Shown: positions 30,063 through 39,285 of the stretch, piece after piece
Layout: every line of letters starts with the position of its first letter
Numbering within the stretch: position 1 is the stretch's first letter
Assembly: GCA_034439575.1 (NCBI GenBank)
Contig: JAWXAQ010000027.1
Span: 371,681-435,680 of the forward strand
Source of the DNA: Leptospira sp.
Lineage (GTDB): Bacteria > Spirochaetota > Leptospiria > Leptospirales > Leptospiraceae
Length of the DNA: 64,000 nucleotides
Direction: 5' to 3'
Notes under the pieces: generated by a model
Seen by the model: only the letters and a program-made list of their open reading frames with translations
Databases searched by the model: none
What the model was told of the DNA's origin: nothing
Program-made: the position numbers and the translations under genes

Positions 30063-33000
30063 ATGAATTTTCTTTAGTTCTGTTTTTTCTAAAAATTCTC
30101 TAAAAATAGGGAACACATCTTCTTCAACATTTTTTCCCATAAAGACATCTTGGTGCCCATATCCTGGAAATTCATGATAATGATATAGCTCATTTGAATA
30201 TCCGCTTAACTGTTTATAGGCGTAGTGATTCGAATCAGTAAAAACTTTATTTTCACTGCCTGATACAAACAGAATGGGGATTTGATTTGTTTCAAAGCCT
30301 TGTGTTAAATCATTTGGAATCGAATGAAACCTTTCTTCAGAAGAAAAATATTTTAATGGTCTTCCTGCCTTTGCCATTTTTAAAACATGTTTATAAAAAT
30401 TAAGACTTGTCCCTCCAAAGAGATCCTTCAATCGATCATGGGTGACTTCCAACATATTTTTATGATTGAAAAGTGCTGAACTTCCACTTCCCCACATAAA
30501 ACTTAACATATGACAGGCAGCATTATCACATTCATGATGAAAGAGAGAATTCCCATAAGAAACTATTCCTTGTAACCAATCTTTTTTTTCCAAGGCGTCT
30601 GGTTCTACCACAGGCAAACGTAAAACATCTTCTAAAAGACCACTTTGAATGAGAGATTCTAATTTCAATTGGGCAAAAAACGGAACCCTACAATATAAGG
30701 AGACGGAGTTGGAAATCACAGCATCTACTTTCGATTGTAGCCCAGAAAAAAGGGACATCATAAAACTAACAGAACCTAAACAATGGCAAATGACATTTAA
30801 CTTTGAAATATTTCCAATTTTTTCTCTAATAAAATTGGTAACGAGTGGCATATCATAAAGTGCAACGTGCTCAAAAGAATATTCGTGTTTGGTGAGATTA
30901 TACGGTAACCTGCCACTCATCCTAAAATCATATAACCAAACAGTATAACCCAAGTTCAAAAAATAATTAGTGATATTGTTGTGTTCTGGCATAATGAACA
31001 TATCACTCGAAGAAGTAAGGCCGTGGATCAAAAGAATTGAATTTGAAGTCGAATTTTTACGCTTTGCACATCGCAAATTCAAAGCTAAATGGTCTTCTGT
31101 AATCAATGTATAACTTTCTATACTCGCATTTTTGACCCCGATATCGGAATGTTTGGGTATTGTTGTATTTTTTACGATTAAATCATTTGGTTTTCGAAGT
31201 TTAATATTTGGTGTATAAGTTTTCAAAACATTAGAAAGAAAAAAGTTTCCAAATTCAAAAATGCTTTTATTTTGATCAAAAAAATTCATTCCATTTGTCG
31301 CTCGTAAGGTATTCAGATTATAGTTAATAAAATCACTTGCACCTACCTTGGCGATTCCTGAACCAATAAACTCTTCTGAATTATTTGTTAATTGAAAAAT
31401 TTGAAATTTTAAAGTGGTAAGTTCCTCCCACGAATTTAAAAAATTTCCCAACTTTAATTCTTTTTTACCTTTTAATAAATAGATTTTTCCTTCCGAAGAA
31501 ATAAATTGAATGTTATAATTGAAAAATTTAATATTGGATTGATTTCTTTCTTCTGTAAATTGAGAAAACTCACCTTCTAAAATTCGCATTTTCCCTTTTG
31601 TATCAATTAACGGGCATTCTATGAAGCCAGAAAGTTTTCCTACAGCTTTTTCGGAAACAAAAGAAATTGTATTTGGAATGTTAACACTCATTTCCATGGA
31701 GATGGCATTGACCAATCCTTTATTCTGACCTTGGAGAAAGGCACTTTCTTCATTTTTTTCATTTAAAAAAAGATAACCTACAAATTTTTCTTCAAATCGA
31801 ATACCAACAGTATGTTTTTCCTTTATGGAATCTTGGTAATTAAATAATCTTCTAGCGTTTGTTATTACATGTTCATTGTTTTGGATTTTAATTAAATTAT
31901 TTTCTTTAAAAATTAGCATTGCTCGTTCGGCTATAGCTGAAATTGTTAATAGGGGATTGATTCCTAGAGAAGTCGGCAAAACGCTTGCATCGATCACATA
32001 TAATCCAGAATGAACGTTATCCTTTGATGTGGTATCAAAAACTTGCAAATTATGATTCACGACTCCTTTTTCCATAGTATCACCCATGACAGCGCCGCCT
32101 ATAGGATGGACAGACATAGGACTCCTTGTGCCAATATCTTTATAATCAATAAAATCACCATCATGCAAATCTATGAGATTTTTCATATCATCTAACATAT
32201 TTACTATGTTTGGTTGGTTCGCATAATCTGGCCAATGGACATACCCTTCAGCGTTATAAACATCTTTATCATTATCAAGCGTAAGAAATCCCCGGCTCCC
32301 ATCATGACCAACACCTAAAAGTAAACTTACATTGTGTAAAATTGGATTTCTAATGCCTTTTGTCAGATTATTAAATATTGAATTTACCAATTCACTTTGG
32401 TTAGATGAAAGTCTTTCATTTCGAATGCTTCCCGCAAGCCAGTAAAAAAAATAAAAATCGCTAAAAATGCCAGGAAAAGTGGCATCTTCGATCACATAAC
32501 TTTTTTTCCAATCTGAATTTCTTTTGTCTATCATGGCAGTGATCGTTGGACCTACTTTATGACCATACCTTACAAACAAACGTGTTCCGAAATTTACGAA
32601 TGGAGTATGCCTTCTGTCTTTTTTATCAGACCTGTTTGAGAATCGGCGCTCTAGTTCTGTTCTTCTATTTGGTCTTATCCCTTTTTCGAATCCAACTTGA
32701 TTGACTGGTAAACTCAAATTTAATCCACAAGAAATCAATCCACTATTTCCTGAGAAAGATTTTCCTAATTTAGGAGAAAACATAAGATTTGTTAATTTTT
32801 GTGTTCTTTGCAATAAAGCAGGCGAACCAATTCCACCAGCAGCAATGATTAGTGTTTCACAAAGACTAACTTGCAATAAAGATTCCTCTATTTTTTCTTT
32901 TCCATCTTCTAATACCTGATAGAAAACTAAATATTTCTCGTTTGCTAATTTTTCAAAATGACTGACATAAATTTTAGTAAAAATCTCAGCTCCATTGTTT

Positions 33001-33677
33001 TTTGCTAAAGCAAGATAATTTTTATCCAATGAATTTTTTGCATCATAATTGCAACCTGTATTACAATTTCCACAAGAGGTGCATGTTGATTGATACACCT
33101 TATGTTCGTTTAATCCTGGTTCTTTGAAATGGATGCTTAATTTTAAATTTTTAAAAATCGTTCCTTGTTTTTCTGCACTATCCTTTAGTAATTCATTTTT
33201 TTTTAGCGGGGGAAATCCTGGTTTGCCAGAGGGATATTGTCCTCCTCCAAGCATTTTTTCTGCCAATACAAATCCTTTTTCCAAACGATCATCAATATCA
33301 CTCAAAAATAATTTTGGCCAATGAGTTCCCTCATACACTTCTTTGTTAGGTTTTGCAATCACTCCTGCATTGATTAATGATCCCCCACCTAATCCTGATC
33401 CTGTGAGAACATGCAATCCATCAAACATTTTATAATCAAATAATGCCGTTTTTTTGTTCATATTTAAAGGTGTTGAATTGATAGAAAGGTTTTGAAAAAC
33501 TCCATTTATGTCGGAAGGGAATTCCCCTTGTGAGTATTCTTTTCCTTTTTCTAAAATACATACAGAAAGTCCAAATTCAGATAATCGAGCGGCAGAGACT
33601 GAACCACCGTAACCGGATCCAACCACAATTACGTCATACGAAGATTTTATAGAAGAAGGGGGTAATGATAATTTCAT
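30045..33677 (-). CDS. Cholesterol-oxidase-like GMC oxidoreductase fused to a C-terminal alpha/beta hydrolase
   Basis: VVGSGYGG FAD motif, GSGLGGGSLINA, CTSCGNCNTGC, HPIGG, GINPLLTISAIAER; C-terminal LLIHGL, CHCLG, YGHQD. Confidence 0.85.
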   Translation of the reverse strand: MKLSLPPSSIKSSYDVIVVGSGYGGSVSAARLSEFGLSVCILEKGKEYSQGEFPSDINGVFQNLSINSTPLNMNKKTALFDYKMFDGLHVLTGSGLGGGSLINAGVIAKPNKEVYEGTHWPKLFLSDIDDRLEKGFVLAEKMLGGGQYPSGKPGFPPLKKNELLKDSAEKQGTIFKNLKLSIHFKEPGLNEHKVYQSTCTSCGNCNTGCNYDAKNSLDKNYLALAKNNGAEIFTKIYVSHFEKLANEKYLVFYQVLEDGKEKIEESLLQVSLCETLIIAAGGIGSPALLQRTQKLTNLMFSPKLGKSFSGNSGLISCGLNLSLPVNQVGFEKGIRPNRRTELERRFSNRSDKKDRRHTPFVNFGTRLFVRYGHKVGPTITAMIDKRNSDWKKSYVIEDATFPGIFSDFYFFYWLAGSIRNERLSSNQSELVNSIFNNLTKGIRNPILHNVSLLLGVGHDGSRGFLTLDNDKDVYNAEGYVHWPDYANQPNIVNMLDDMKNLIDLHDGDFIDYKDIGTRSPMSVHPIGGAVMGDTMEKGVVNHNLQVFDTTSKDNVHSGLYVIDASVLPTSLGINPLLTISAIAERAMLIFKENNLIKIQNNEHVITNARRLFNYQDSIKEKHTVGIRFEEKFVGYLFLNEKNEESAFLQGQNKGLVNAISMEMSVNIPNTISFVSEKAVGKLSGFIECPLIDTKGKMRILEGEFSQFTEERNQSNIKFFNYNIQFISSEGKIYLLKGKKELKLGNFLNSWEELTTLKFQIFQLTNNSEEFIGSGIAKVGASDFINYNLNTLRATNGMNFFDQNKSIFEFGNFFLSNVLKTYTPNIKLRKPNDLIVKNTTIPKHSDIGVKNASIESYTLITEDHLALNLRCAKRKNSTSNSILLIHGLTSSSDMFIMPEHNNITNYFLNLGYTVWLYDFRMSGRLPYNLTKHEYSFEHVALYDMPLVTNFIREKIGNISKLNVICHCLGSVSFMMSLFSGLQSKVDAVISNSVSLYCRVPFFAQLKLESLIQSGLLEDVLRLPVVEPDALEKKDWLQGIVSYGNSLFHHECDNAACHMLSFMWGSGSSALFNHKNMLEVTHDRLKDLFGGTSLNFYKHVLKMAKAGRPLKYFSSEERFHSIPNDLTQGFETNQIPILFVSGSENKVFTDSNHYAYKQLSGYSNELYHYHEFPGYGHQDVFMGKNVEEDVFPIFREFLEKTELKKIHKGLSF

Positions 33678-33773
33678 AAATTATTTAATCAATATAATTC
33701 AAGTGTTATAGGAACAGAAAAAAAAACTTCCTTTGCGGCTTTTGATGTTAAATTTGGTAACAAATGATAGGAT

Positions 33774-34238
33774 ATGAAAATGAAATTCATTGAGGTATAT
33801 TCGGAAATTCAGATAAATGCCAATAAAGAAAATTTATGGCAGATTTTGACCACTCCAAATGAATATAATGATTGGAATCCGTTTATCAAACAAATTTTCG
33901 GTAAGTTAGAGTTAAATGAACACATTTTAGAAATCGCTTATGCAAATGATTTTTTATTTTTACCATTTGAAATGGTAATAAAATCTTTTAAACCTAACTA
34001 TGAATTGGTATATGAGTCGCCAAAGTCTATATTAGGCGAACCGTTTTTTTTTGGACATCATCGATATTTATTGGAAGAAACTGCTCAGGGCCATGTGTTA
34101 TTTTCACATACGGCTTTGTTTAGCGGGCTTATTGCCTTAGTACAAAGAGAGCATATTCTAACAAAGGTAAAAGCAAAACACGAAGAAATGAATTCTGCTC
34201 TGAAGCTCAGAGCAGAATCTACTAATGCGAAATTCTAA
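33774..34238 (+). CDS. SRPBCC/START-superfamily ligand-binding protein
   Basis: EIQINA..E.LWQILT....Y.DWNPFI...EMNSALKLRAE. Confidence 0.8.
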   Translation: MKMKFIEVYSEIQINANKENLWQILTTPNEYNDWNPFIKQIFGKLELNEHILEIAYANDFLFLPFEMVIKSFKPNYELVYESPKSILGEPFFFGHHRYLLEETAQGHVLFSHTALFSGLIALVQREHILTKVKAKHEEMNSALKLRAESTNAKF

Positions 34239-34247
34239 TATCAAATA

Positions 34248-35690
34248 TCAAAAACCAAATTTTTTAAGAGCATCTCCACCAGGAATTTTTTTCAATTCAT
34301 CACCGATTTTACCTTTAATCGCGCCCTTAATGGCACCACCTAATAAATCACTCATTGAACCAATTTCGACTCCTAGAGTCACATTTGGATTACGAATGTC
34401 GCCTGAAGTTTTAAAGGGAATATTGATCCTTTCATTTTTTATTAAACTACCAAGAACTTTATTTCGCAATTCTTTCGGATCGCCACTTCCTTTTGTCGCA
34501 TCTTTGATTTTGGCGTCTACTCCTGCGATGGATTTTTTAGATTCATCTTCGTCGTATAACATGCCCATTTTCATTTCATGTTGGTTGTTAGTAACAATCA
34601 GATAAGAACCTTTATTGATTTGAAGGTCGTAATTTTTTGTCGGGAAGGTAGGTTCATCTAAGAAGGTAATTTTACCATCTGCGTAGGAGATTTTGAAACT
34701 AACATCTTTTTTGAGTTCTGATTTTTCTTTCAGTTTATCGAGTTTAAGACCAGCTTGATTTAACATTGGCAATTCGCCAGCTATTGCATCAAATGCCGCA
34801 AATCCAGAAAGGAATGAATCTTCTTCCATAGTCACATTGTAAACTACACTTGGATTCACAAGTCCTGATTTCACTACGAACGGCTGTAAGTCGCCTTCTG
34901 TATCAAGTAAAAACTTGGCAGCTTCTTGTTTGCTTTTACCTATAATTGTAACATCTGCATCAAATTTAACACCTACATGATTATGACTTTCTAAATCACT
35001 GCCATCGATGTCAATGTCCGATAGTTTAAAGTTAAGTCCTTTAATTTGGATGACTTGTCCTGTTTTTTTCATGGTGACTTGAATATCACCTTTTTCTGCA
35101 CCAACCACACCCATTTTTATAGCAACAGGAATATCTTTGGCAGTAAATGGCTCAGAGGGTTCGTCTTTTGCCGCACGTCTTTCTTCTTCAGCTTCTCTTT
35201 TTCTTTCCGCAATGGCTTCCGGTGTAAGAGCAGGGTTTGGTTCTCCATTCACAATTGCTGGAGCTTTAAAAAGAGTAGTTAAATTGTTTCCACCATTTTC
35301 GAACATGATAAAAGATACTTTAGGTTCTGAGATCAAAAGTTTTTTAAGTTCGAATTTTTTCATTAATATACCAAGTAACGAAAGTTTAATGTCTGCCTTT
35401 CCGATTGATATAACAGCTGATTTTAATTCTTTACGATCTGCAAGGGGTGTTCCTTTGTCTGCAACATCGTCTCTATAGGTTAGTTGAATGCCTTCCACTT
35501 CGACACTAGATAGTGCGCTAAATAGATTTATATTTACCTTTGTTATATTTGCCCTTACATTGATCGCGGATTCAATTTGTTTTACCAAAAATTCATTGGT
35601 TAAAAAACTACCAGCAAATACGAGAGCGACAACAAGGATAAAGATGAGAAGGCCAAAAAAGCCTCCTACACCGATAAGGATTTTTTTCAT
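34248..35690 (-). CDS. AsmA-family (beta-groove lipid transport-like) protein
   Basis: N-terminal TM; QIESAINV.....V.INLF; beta-rich body; IPFKTSGDIRNPNV near the C-terminus. Confidence 0.7.
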   Translation of the reverse strand: MKKILIGVGGFFGLLIFILVVALVFAGSFLTNEFLVKQIESAINVRANITKVNINLFSALSSVEVEGIQLTYRDDVADKGTPLADRKELKSAVISIGKADIKLSLLGILMKKFELKKLLISEPKVSFIMFENGGNNLTTLFKAPAIVNGEPNPALTPEAIAERKREAEEERRAAKDEPSEPFTAKDIPVAIKMGVVGAEKGDIQVTMKKTGQVIQIKGLNFKLSDIDIDGSDLESHNHVGVKFDADVTIIGKSKQEAAKFLLDTEGDLQPFVVKSGLVNPSVVYNVTMEEDSFLSGFAAFDAIAGELPMLNQAGLKLDKLKEKSELKKDVSFKISYADGKITFLDEPTFPTKNYDLQINKGSYLIVTNNQHEMKMGMLYDEDESKKSIAGVDAKIKDATKGSGDPKELRNKVLGSLIKNERINIPFKTSGDIRNPNVTLGVEIGSMSDLLGGAIKGAIKGKIGDELKKIPGGDALKKFGF

Positions 35691-35764
35691 GAGAATCTCC
35701 TAAAGTAAATGGTTACAAAATGAAAGAAGAGTCTTTGAAAAATGAATGAAAGTAAAGAAAAAAA

Positions 35765-36190
35765 TTAAAGGAATCTAACAGAACTGATAGTATCAGAAAG
35801 CTTTTGGAACATAGAGTCATCTATCGGATCATCCGTATTGTACGTTGCAAGAAGCATCTGTCTTTCATTTGCCAGCACATAAACTAGCCAATTCCGACCA
35901 TCTTTATCAAATTCGCAGGCTCGGATGGAAGTGCCTTCGTTATTTTCAAATTCGGCTACTTTGTCTTCTTCAAAGTCTATTTCATGGATTTTGAGGTAAT
36001 TTGCTAATTCAAAATTGACATCAAATTTTTCCACTTTGGATTCAAAGGCATAGAATTGGAGGGCACCGCCAGCTTCTGGGTCGAAGAAAGCAGGTATCTC
36101 TTCGACGACGATATGTTCCCAATCAGCCGGATACAGTAAAGAATACCACCCTTGGGGTGAGCGAAATTGTTTGAACATGGGCTTTGCCAT
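35765..36190 (-). CDS. Conserved hypothetical protein (DUF3805-like)
   Basis: FRSPQGWYSLLYPADW...AFFDPE..GALQF; ATG at 36190 (the track start overlaps the divergent gene). Confidence 0.55.
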   Translation of the reverse strand: MAKPMFKQFRSPQGWYSLLYPADWEHIVVEEIPAFFDPEAGGALQFYAFESKVEKFDVNFELANYLKIHEIDFEEDKVAEFENNEGTSIRACEFDKDGRNWLVYVLANERQMLLATYNTDDPIDDSMFQKLSDTISSVRFL

Positions 36191-36245
36191 ATTTGTTTTA
36201 GAAATCCCTTTTCTTTCCAAGAATCCTATAGATATATGACAGTAA

Positions 36246-37307
36246 ATGATTTTGTGTTCGCTTAAAGTAAAAGGGAGATTCTTTTTAGTTTTCCTTATTT
36301 TTTTTGCAAGCAAGGCATCCAACCTTAGTGCCCAATTTGTGGGCTATACGGATGCACCTTCCTCGGCCTATGCCAGTGGTCTTTTTTCTCAAGGTGTCGG
36401 CATCCGCGATTTAAATGCAAATTTAAATGGCAATCCAGCTTTTCTTAGTTACCACAAACAACACATTGTGGAAGCAGGTGTTCACGGTGCGCAGTCCAAA
36501 CAAACGACATCTAATGCTTTGTTATTTGGAGGGGGATATTATGCGATTTCAGAATCATTTGGAATTGGAGCTCGCATTAAGCCTGTTATTTCTAGATTTA
36601 ATCCTGCGGAAGAGAGGATATTTAATTACACTGGCCAATTAGTTCTTAGTTATATGGTTACCGAATGGATGTACCTTGGATTCGGTATTGGTCCGAGCGT
36701 AACAAATCGAATCGGTGGTTATAGTAATTATTCATTGAATGTATTTGGCTCAATGGGATTTATATATAAATCTTTCACCTTAGGTTTCTTAGCCGAAAGC
36801 CCCGGTGCCAATTCTTTTGAAGTTTATCTTGGTTCAGAAAAGTTGAAGGAAAAATATCCCGAAAAACTTTCTATTGGATTACAATATGATATAAATTCCA
36901 CTTTCTTTTTCTATACGGAATTGCAACGAACATTCTGGGAACGAATCACATTTTCTTTAAATGGTCTGGATGAAAATCCAAATTTTTTACCAAAAAATAG
37001 TATTTCAGGAAGTTTCGGCGGAGGCATTCATATATTAAAAAATACTAATTTACTAATGGGTGTTTCCCGTTTTGCGAATGCCTTAGCAAACGGAAGTTTG
37101 GATCCCGTGTACGGCGCATCTATCGGTTTCAAAACGGAAATTTTTCCTTCTCTTTTTGGTGAAGGTTTATTTGGAAGTTTCTATGTCCAAAGGACTAAGA
37201 TCCGAAAGACAATTGAACCCTATGATGCAGAAACTCGCTTCGGGTTTCAATTTACTTCTCAATTCAATGCAACGACAAAGGCCGAAGAAAATATGCCCAA
37301 AAATTAG
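36246..37307 (+). CDS. Putative outer-membrane beta-barrel protein (FadL/PorV-like)
   Basis: Signal peptide, NPA motif, alternating aromatic beta-strands. Confidence 0.55.
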   Translation: MILCSLKVKGRFFLVFLIFFASKASNLSAQFVGYTDAPSSAYASGLFSQGVGIRDLNANLNGNPAFLSYHKQHIVEAGVHGAQSKQTTSNALLFGGGYYAISESFGIGARIKPVISRFNPAEERIFNYTGQLVLSYMVTEWMYLGFGIGPSVTNRIGGYSNYSLNVFGSMGFIYKSFTLGFLAESPGANSFEVYLGSEKLKEKYPEKLSIGLQYDINSTFFFYTELQRTFWERITFSLNGLDENPNFLPKNSISGSFGGGIHILKNTNLLMGVSRFANALANGSLDPVYGASIGFKTEIFPSLFGEGLFGSFYVQRTKIRKTIEPYDAETRFGFQFTSQFNATTKAEENMPKN

Positions 37308-37310
37308 GCA
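37294..37310. promoter_or_regulatory. NtrC-like enhancer box
   Basis: TGCCCAAAAATTAGGCA = TGC-N11-GCA with an A-rich core, about 105 bp upstream of the sigma54 motif. Confidence 0.4.
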
Positions 37311-37413
37311 TATTGCCAAGTTATGTCAATATTAGATTCTGTTGATGTTTAATCTATAAACACAATGTAGAAATATTCAGGATAAATTGGCATTCTTCCG
37401 CGTCTTGCTTAAA

Positions 37414-37429
37414 CGGTACAGTTTTTGCA
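37414..37429 (+). promoter_or_regulatory. Sigma54 (-24/-12) promoter
   Basis: CGGTACAGTTTTTGCA: GG(37415-16)-N10-GC(37427-28), with TTGCA at -12; upstream of the phosphatase-amtB pair. Confidence 0.65.
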
Positions 37430-37455
37430 ACGCATAATAGATAAAGGTGTCATCA

Positions 37456-39276
37456 ATGGTTGATTTCAAAGTATCAAAACGAATGCTCGTCAACTTCCGC
37501 GGACAAAACAAAGTCGTGGGAGGATTAACAGACAAAGATAAAATTGCGATCCTTCTCTATATCTCGAAAGAATTTGCAAACTTGGATAAAGAGGATCAGC
37601 TTTTTTCAAAGGTAATGCTGATATGCCAAGAAATTTTTGAATCCGACAACACAACATTACGTTTGTGGGACGGTGAATTTTTAGTTCCTGTCAAATTTGT
37701 GAAAGAAACTGAACCCCCAAGAAGAAATTTAAAGTTAGGTGAAGGATATTCTGGAACTGTTTTTGAAAGTCGTAAACCTATTCTCGTAAACGATCTGAGT
37801 AGATCTCCAGATTTTATTGATGAAGGGGAAAAAACAAGATCGGTAATGTGTGTTCCTATTATGCAAAAAGACGAAAGTCTTGGAACATTGGCCGTAGAGA
37901 GCAATAGAGAAAATTTTTATTTGTTAGACGACTTAGAAATTTTGGAAGCATTGACTTCCCAATTGGCACTTGCCTTATCAGGCGTTCGATTAATAGAAGG
38001 CCTTGTTACCGCACGTGCCAGAGAGGCTGCCATTTTAAACCAATTAGAATGGGATTTGAAAATGGGAAGGAATGTCCAAAGTCAAATTCTTCCTCAAGAC
38101 TTAAGTGCTTGGAACGGCGTTTATTTCGCAACCCATTACGAACCTATGGCGGAAGTCAGTGGGGATCTAGTCGATATAGTTCGCCAAGGTCATTCGTTAA
38201 CAGCGATTAATATAGATGTTTCTGGTCATGGAATACCTGCAGCTCTCGTTACAATGGCGATTCACCACCAATTTCGCAGATCTGTTATGGCCGGTCTTGG
38301 CCTTACGGAAATTATGGAAGAACTGGGTGAAAATTTAAGAGAACAATTACCAGAATCTACGTATTTCACTGCATTTATGGTGAGAATTTTTAGCGATTAT
38401 ACCTTTGGTTATGTGAATGCTGGACACCAAAGAATGTTACATTATAAAGCGGCAGATGATATTTTTATTTCATATGATACTAAAGGTGTCCCACTCGGGA
38501 TTCTTCCTGTCAGAAAAACGGATTATGAAGAAAAACAAGGAAAACTAGATGCAGGGGATTTTCTTCTTCTCATTTCCGATGGATTTAGTGAACAAAGGAA
38601 TGCGAATAAAGAAGAGGTCGGAGTTGATAGACTTCAATCTTGGTTACACGAAGAACGGGAAAAATTAATTCAAACAACAAGGGGCAGAGTGGATGTAAAA
38701 ATACTCTCTCAAAATTTTTTGAATCGATTTCGAGCTTATTACGGGGATACTAAAATCGGTGATGATCTTTCTTATTTATTTTTATATTGTAGTGATTCGT
38801 TACCAGAAGCTTCGCATTATATTCATATGGCGAAACAAGCGAACGCTAAACAAAAGACAGACGATGCTTATGCATTAGCATCCAAAGCCTACTCAATTGA
38901 TCCATCTCTCAAAGAAACCTTGATGTTCCTCGGAAAGATTAATTACCGAGACGGTAATTTTGTAGAATCGATTCGGTATTTAGAAGCGTATCTTAAAACT
39001 TCAGGCGATAATACTGCTAGTTCTTATTTTATGATGGGCCGTGCATATTACAAAGCGGGAAAAATATCAGAAGCAAAGAGAGCTTTGAAAATGGCTCTTT
39101 CTTCAGATCATTCGTTTGGAAAGGCAAGTATCTTACTTGCACAATGTTATTTGAAAGAAAATGCGAAACCTAAGGCGATTAAGGTATTACAACAAGGTGT
39201 CAAAAATACACCGCAAAACACAGAATTAAAGGCATCTCTAATCAAATTAGAGAATGTTTCGCAAAAAGCTAGTTAA
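37456..39276 (+). CDS. GAF + SpoIIE/PP2C phosphatase + TPR protein
   Basis: GAF (GEGYSG, SVMCVPI), VSGD, DVSGHG, SDGFSE, GDD, C-terminal TPRs; AAAGGTG RBS before ATG 37456. Confidence 0.9.
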   Translation: MVDFKVSKRMLVNFRGQNKVVGGLTDKDKIAILLYISKEFANLDKEDQLFSKVMLICQEIFESDNTTLRLWDGEFLVPVKFVKETEPPRRNLKLGEGYSGTVFESRKPILVNDLSRSPDFIDEGEKTRSVMCVPIMQKDESLGTLAVESNRENFYLLDDLEILEALTSQLALALSGVRLIEGLVTARAREAAILNQLEWDLKMGRNVQSQILPQDLSAWNGVYFATHYEPMAEVSGDLVDIVRQGHSLTAINIDVSGHGIPAALVTMAIHHQFRRSVMAGLGLTEIMEELGENLREQLPESTYFTAFMVRIFSDYTFGYVNAGHQRMLHYKAADDIFISYDTKGVPLGILPVRKTDYEEKQGKLDAGDFLLLISDGFSEQRNANKEEVGVDRLQSWLHEEREKLIQTTRGRVDVKILSQNFLNRFRAYYGDTKIGDDLSYLFLYCSDSLPEASHYIHMAKQANAKQKTDDAYALASKAYSIDPSLKETLMFLGKINYRDGNFVESIRYLEAYLKTSGDNTASSYFMMGRAYYKAGKISEAKRALKMALSSDHSFGKASILLAQCYLKENAKPKAIKVLQQGVKNTPQNTELKASLIKLENVSQKAS

Positions 39277-39285
39277 GGATAAATT

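Noticed and set aside
37388-37403. Second sigma54-like motif TGGCATTCTTCCGC
   Set aside because: GG-to-GC spacing is 9 nt rather than the required 10.
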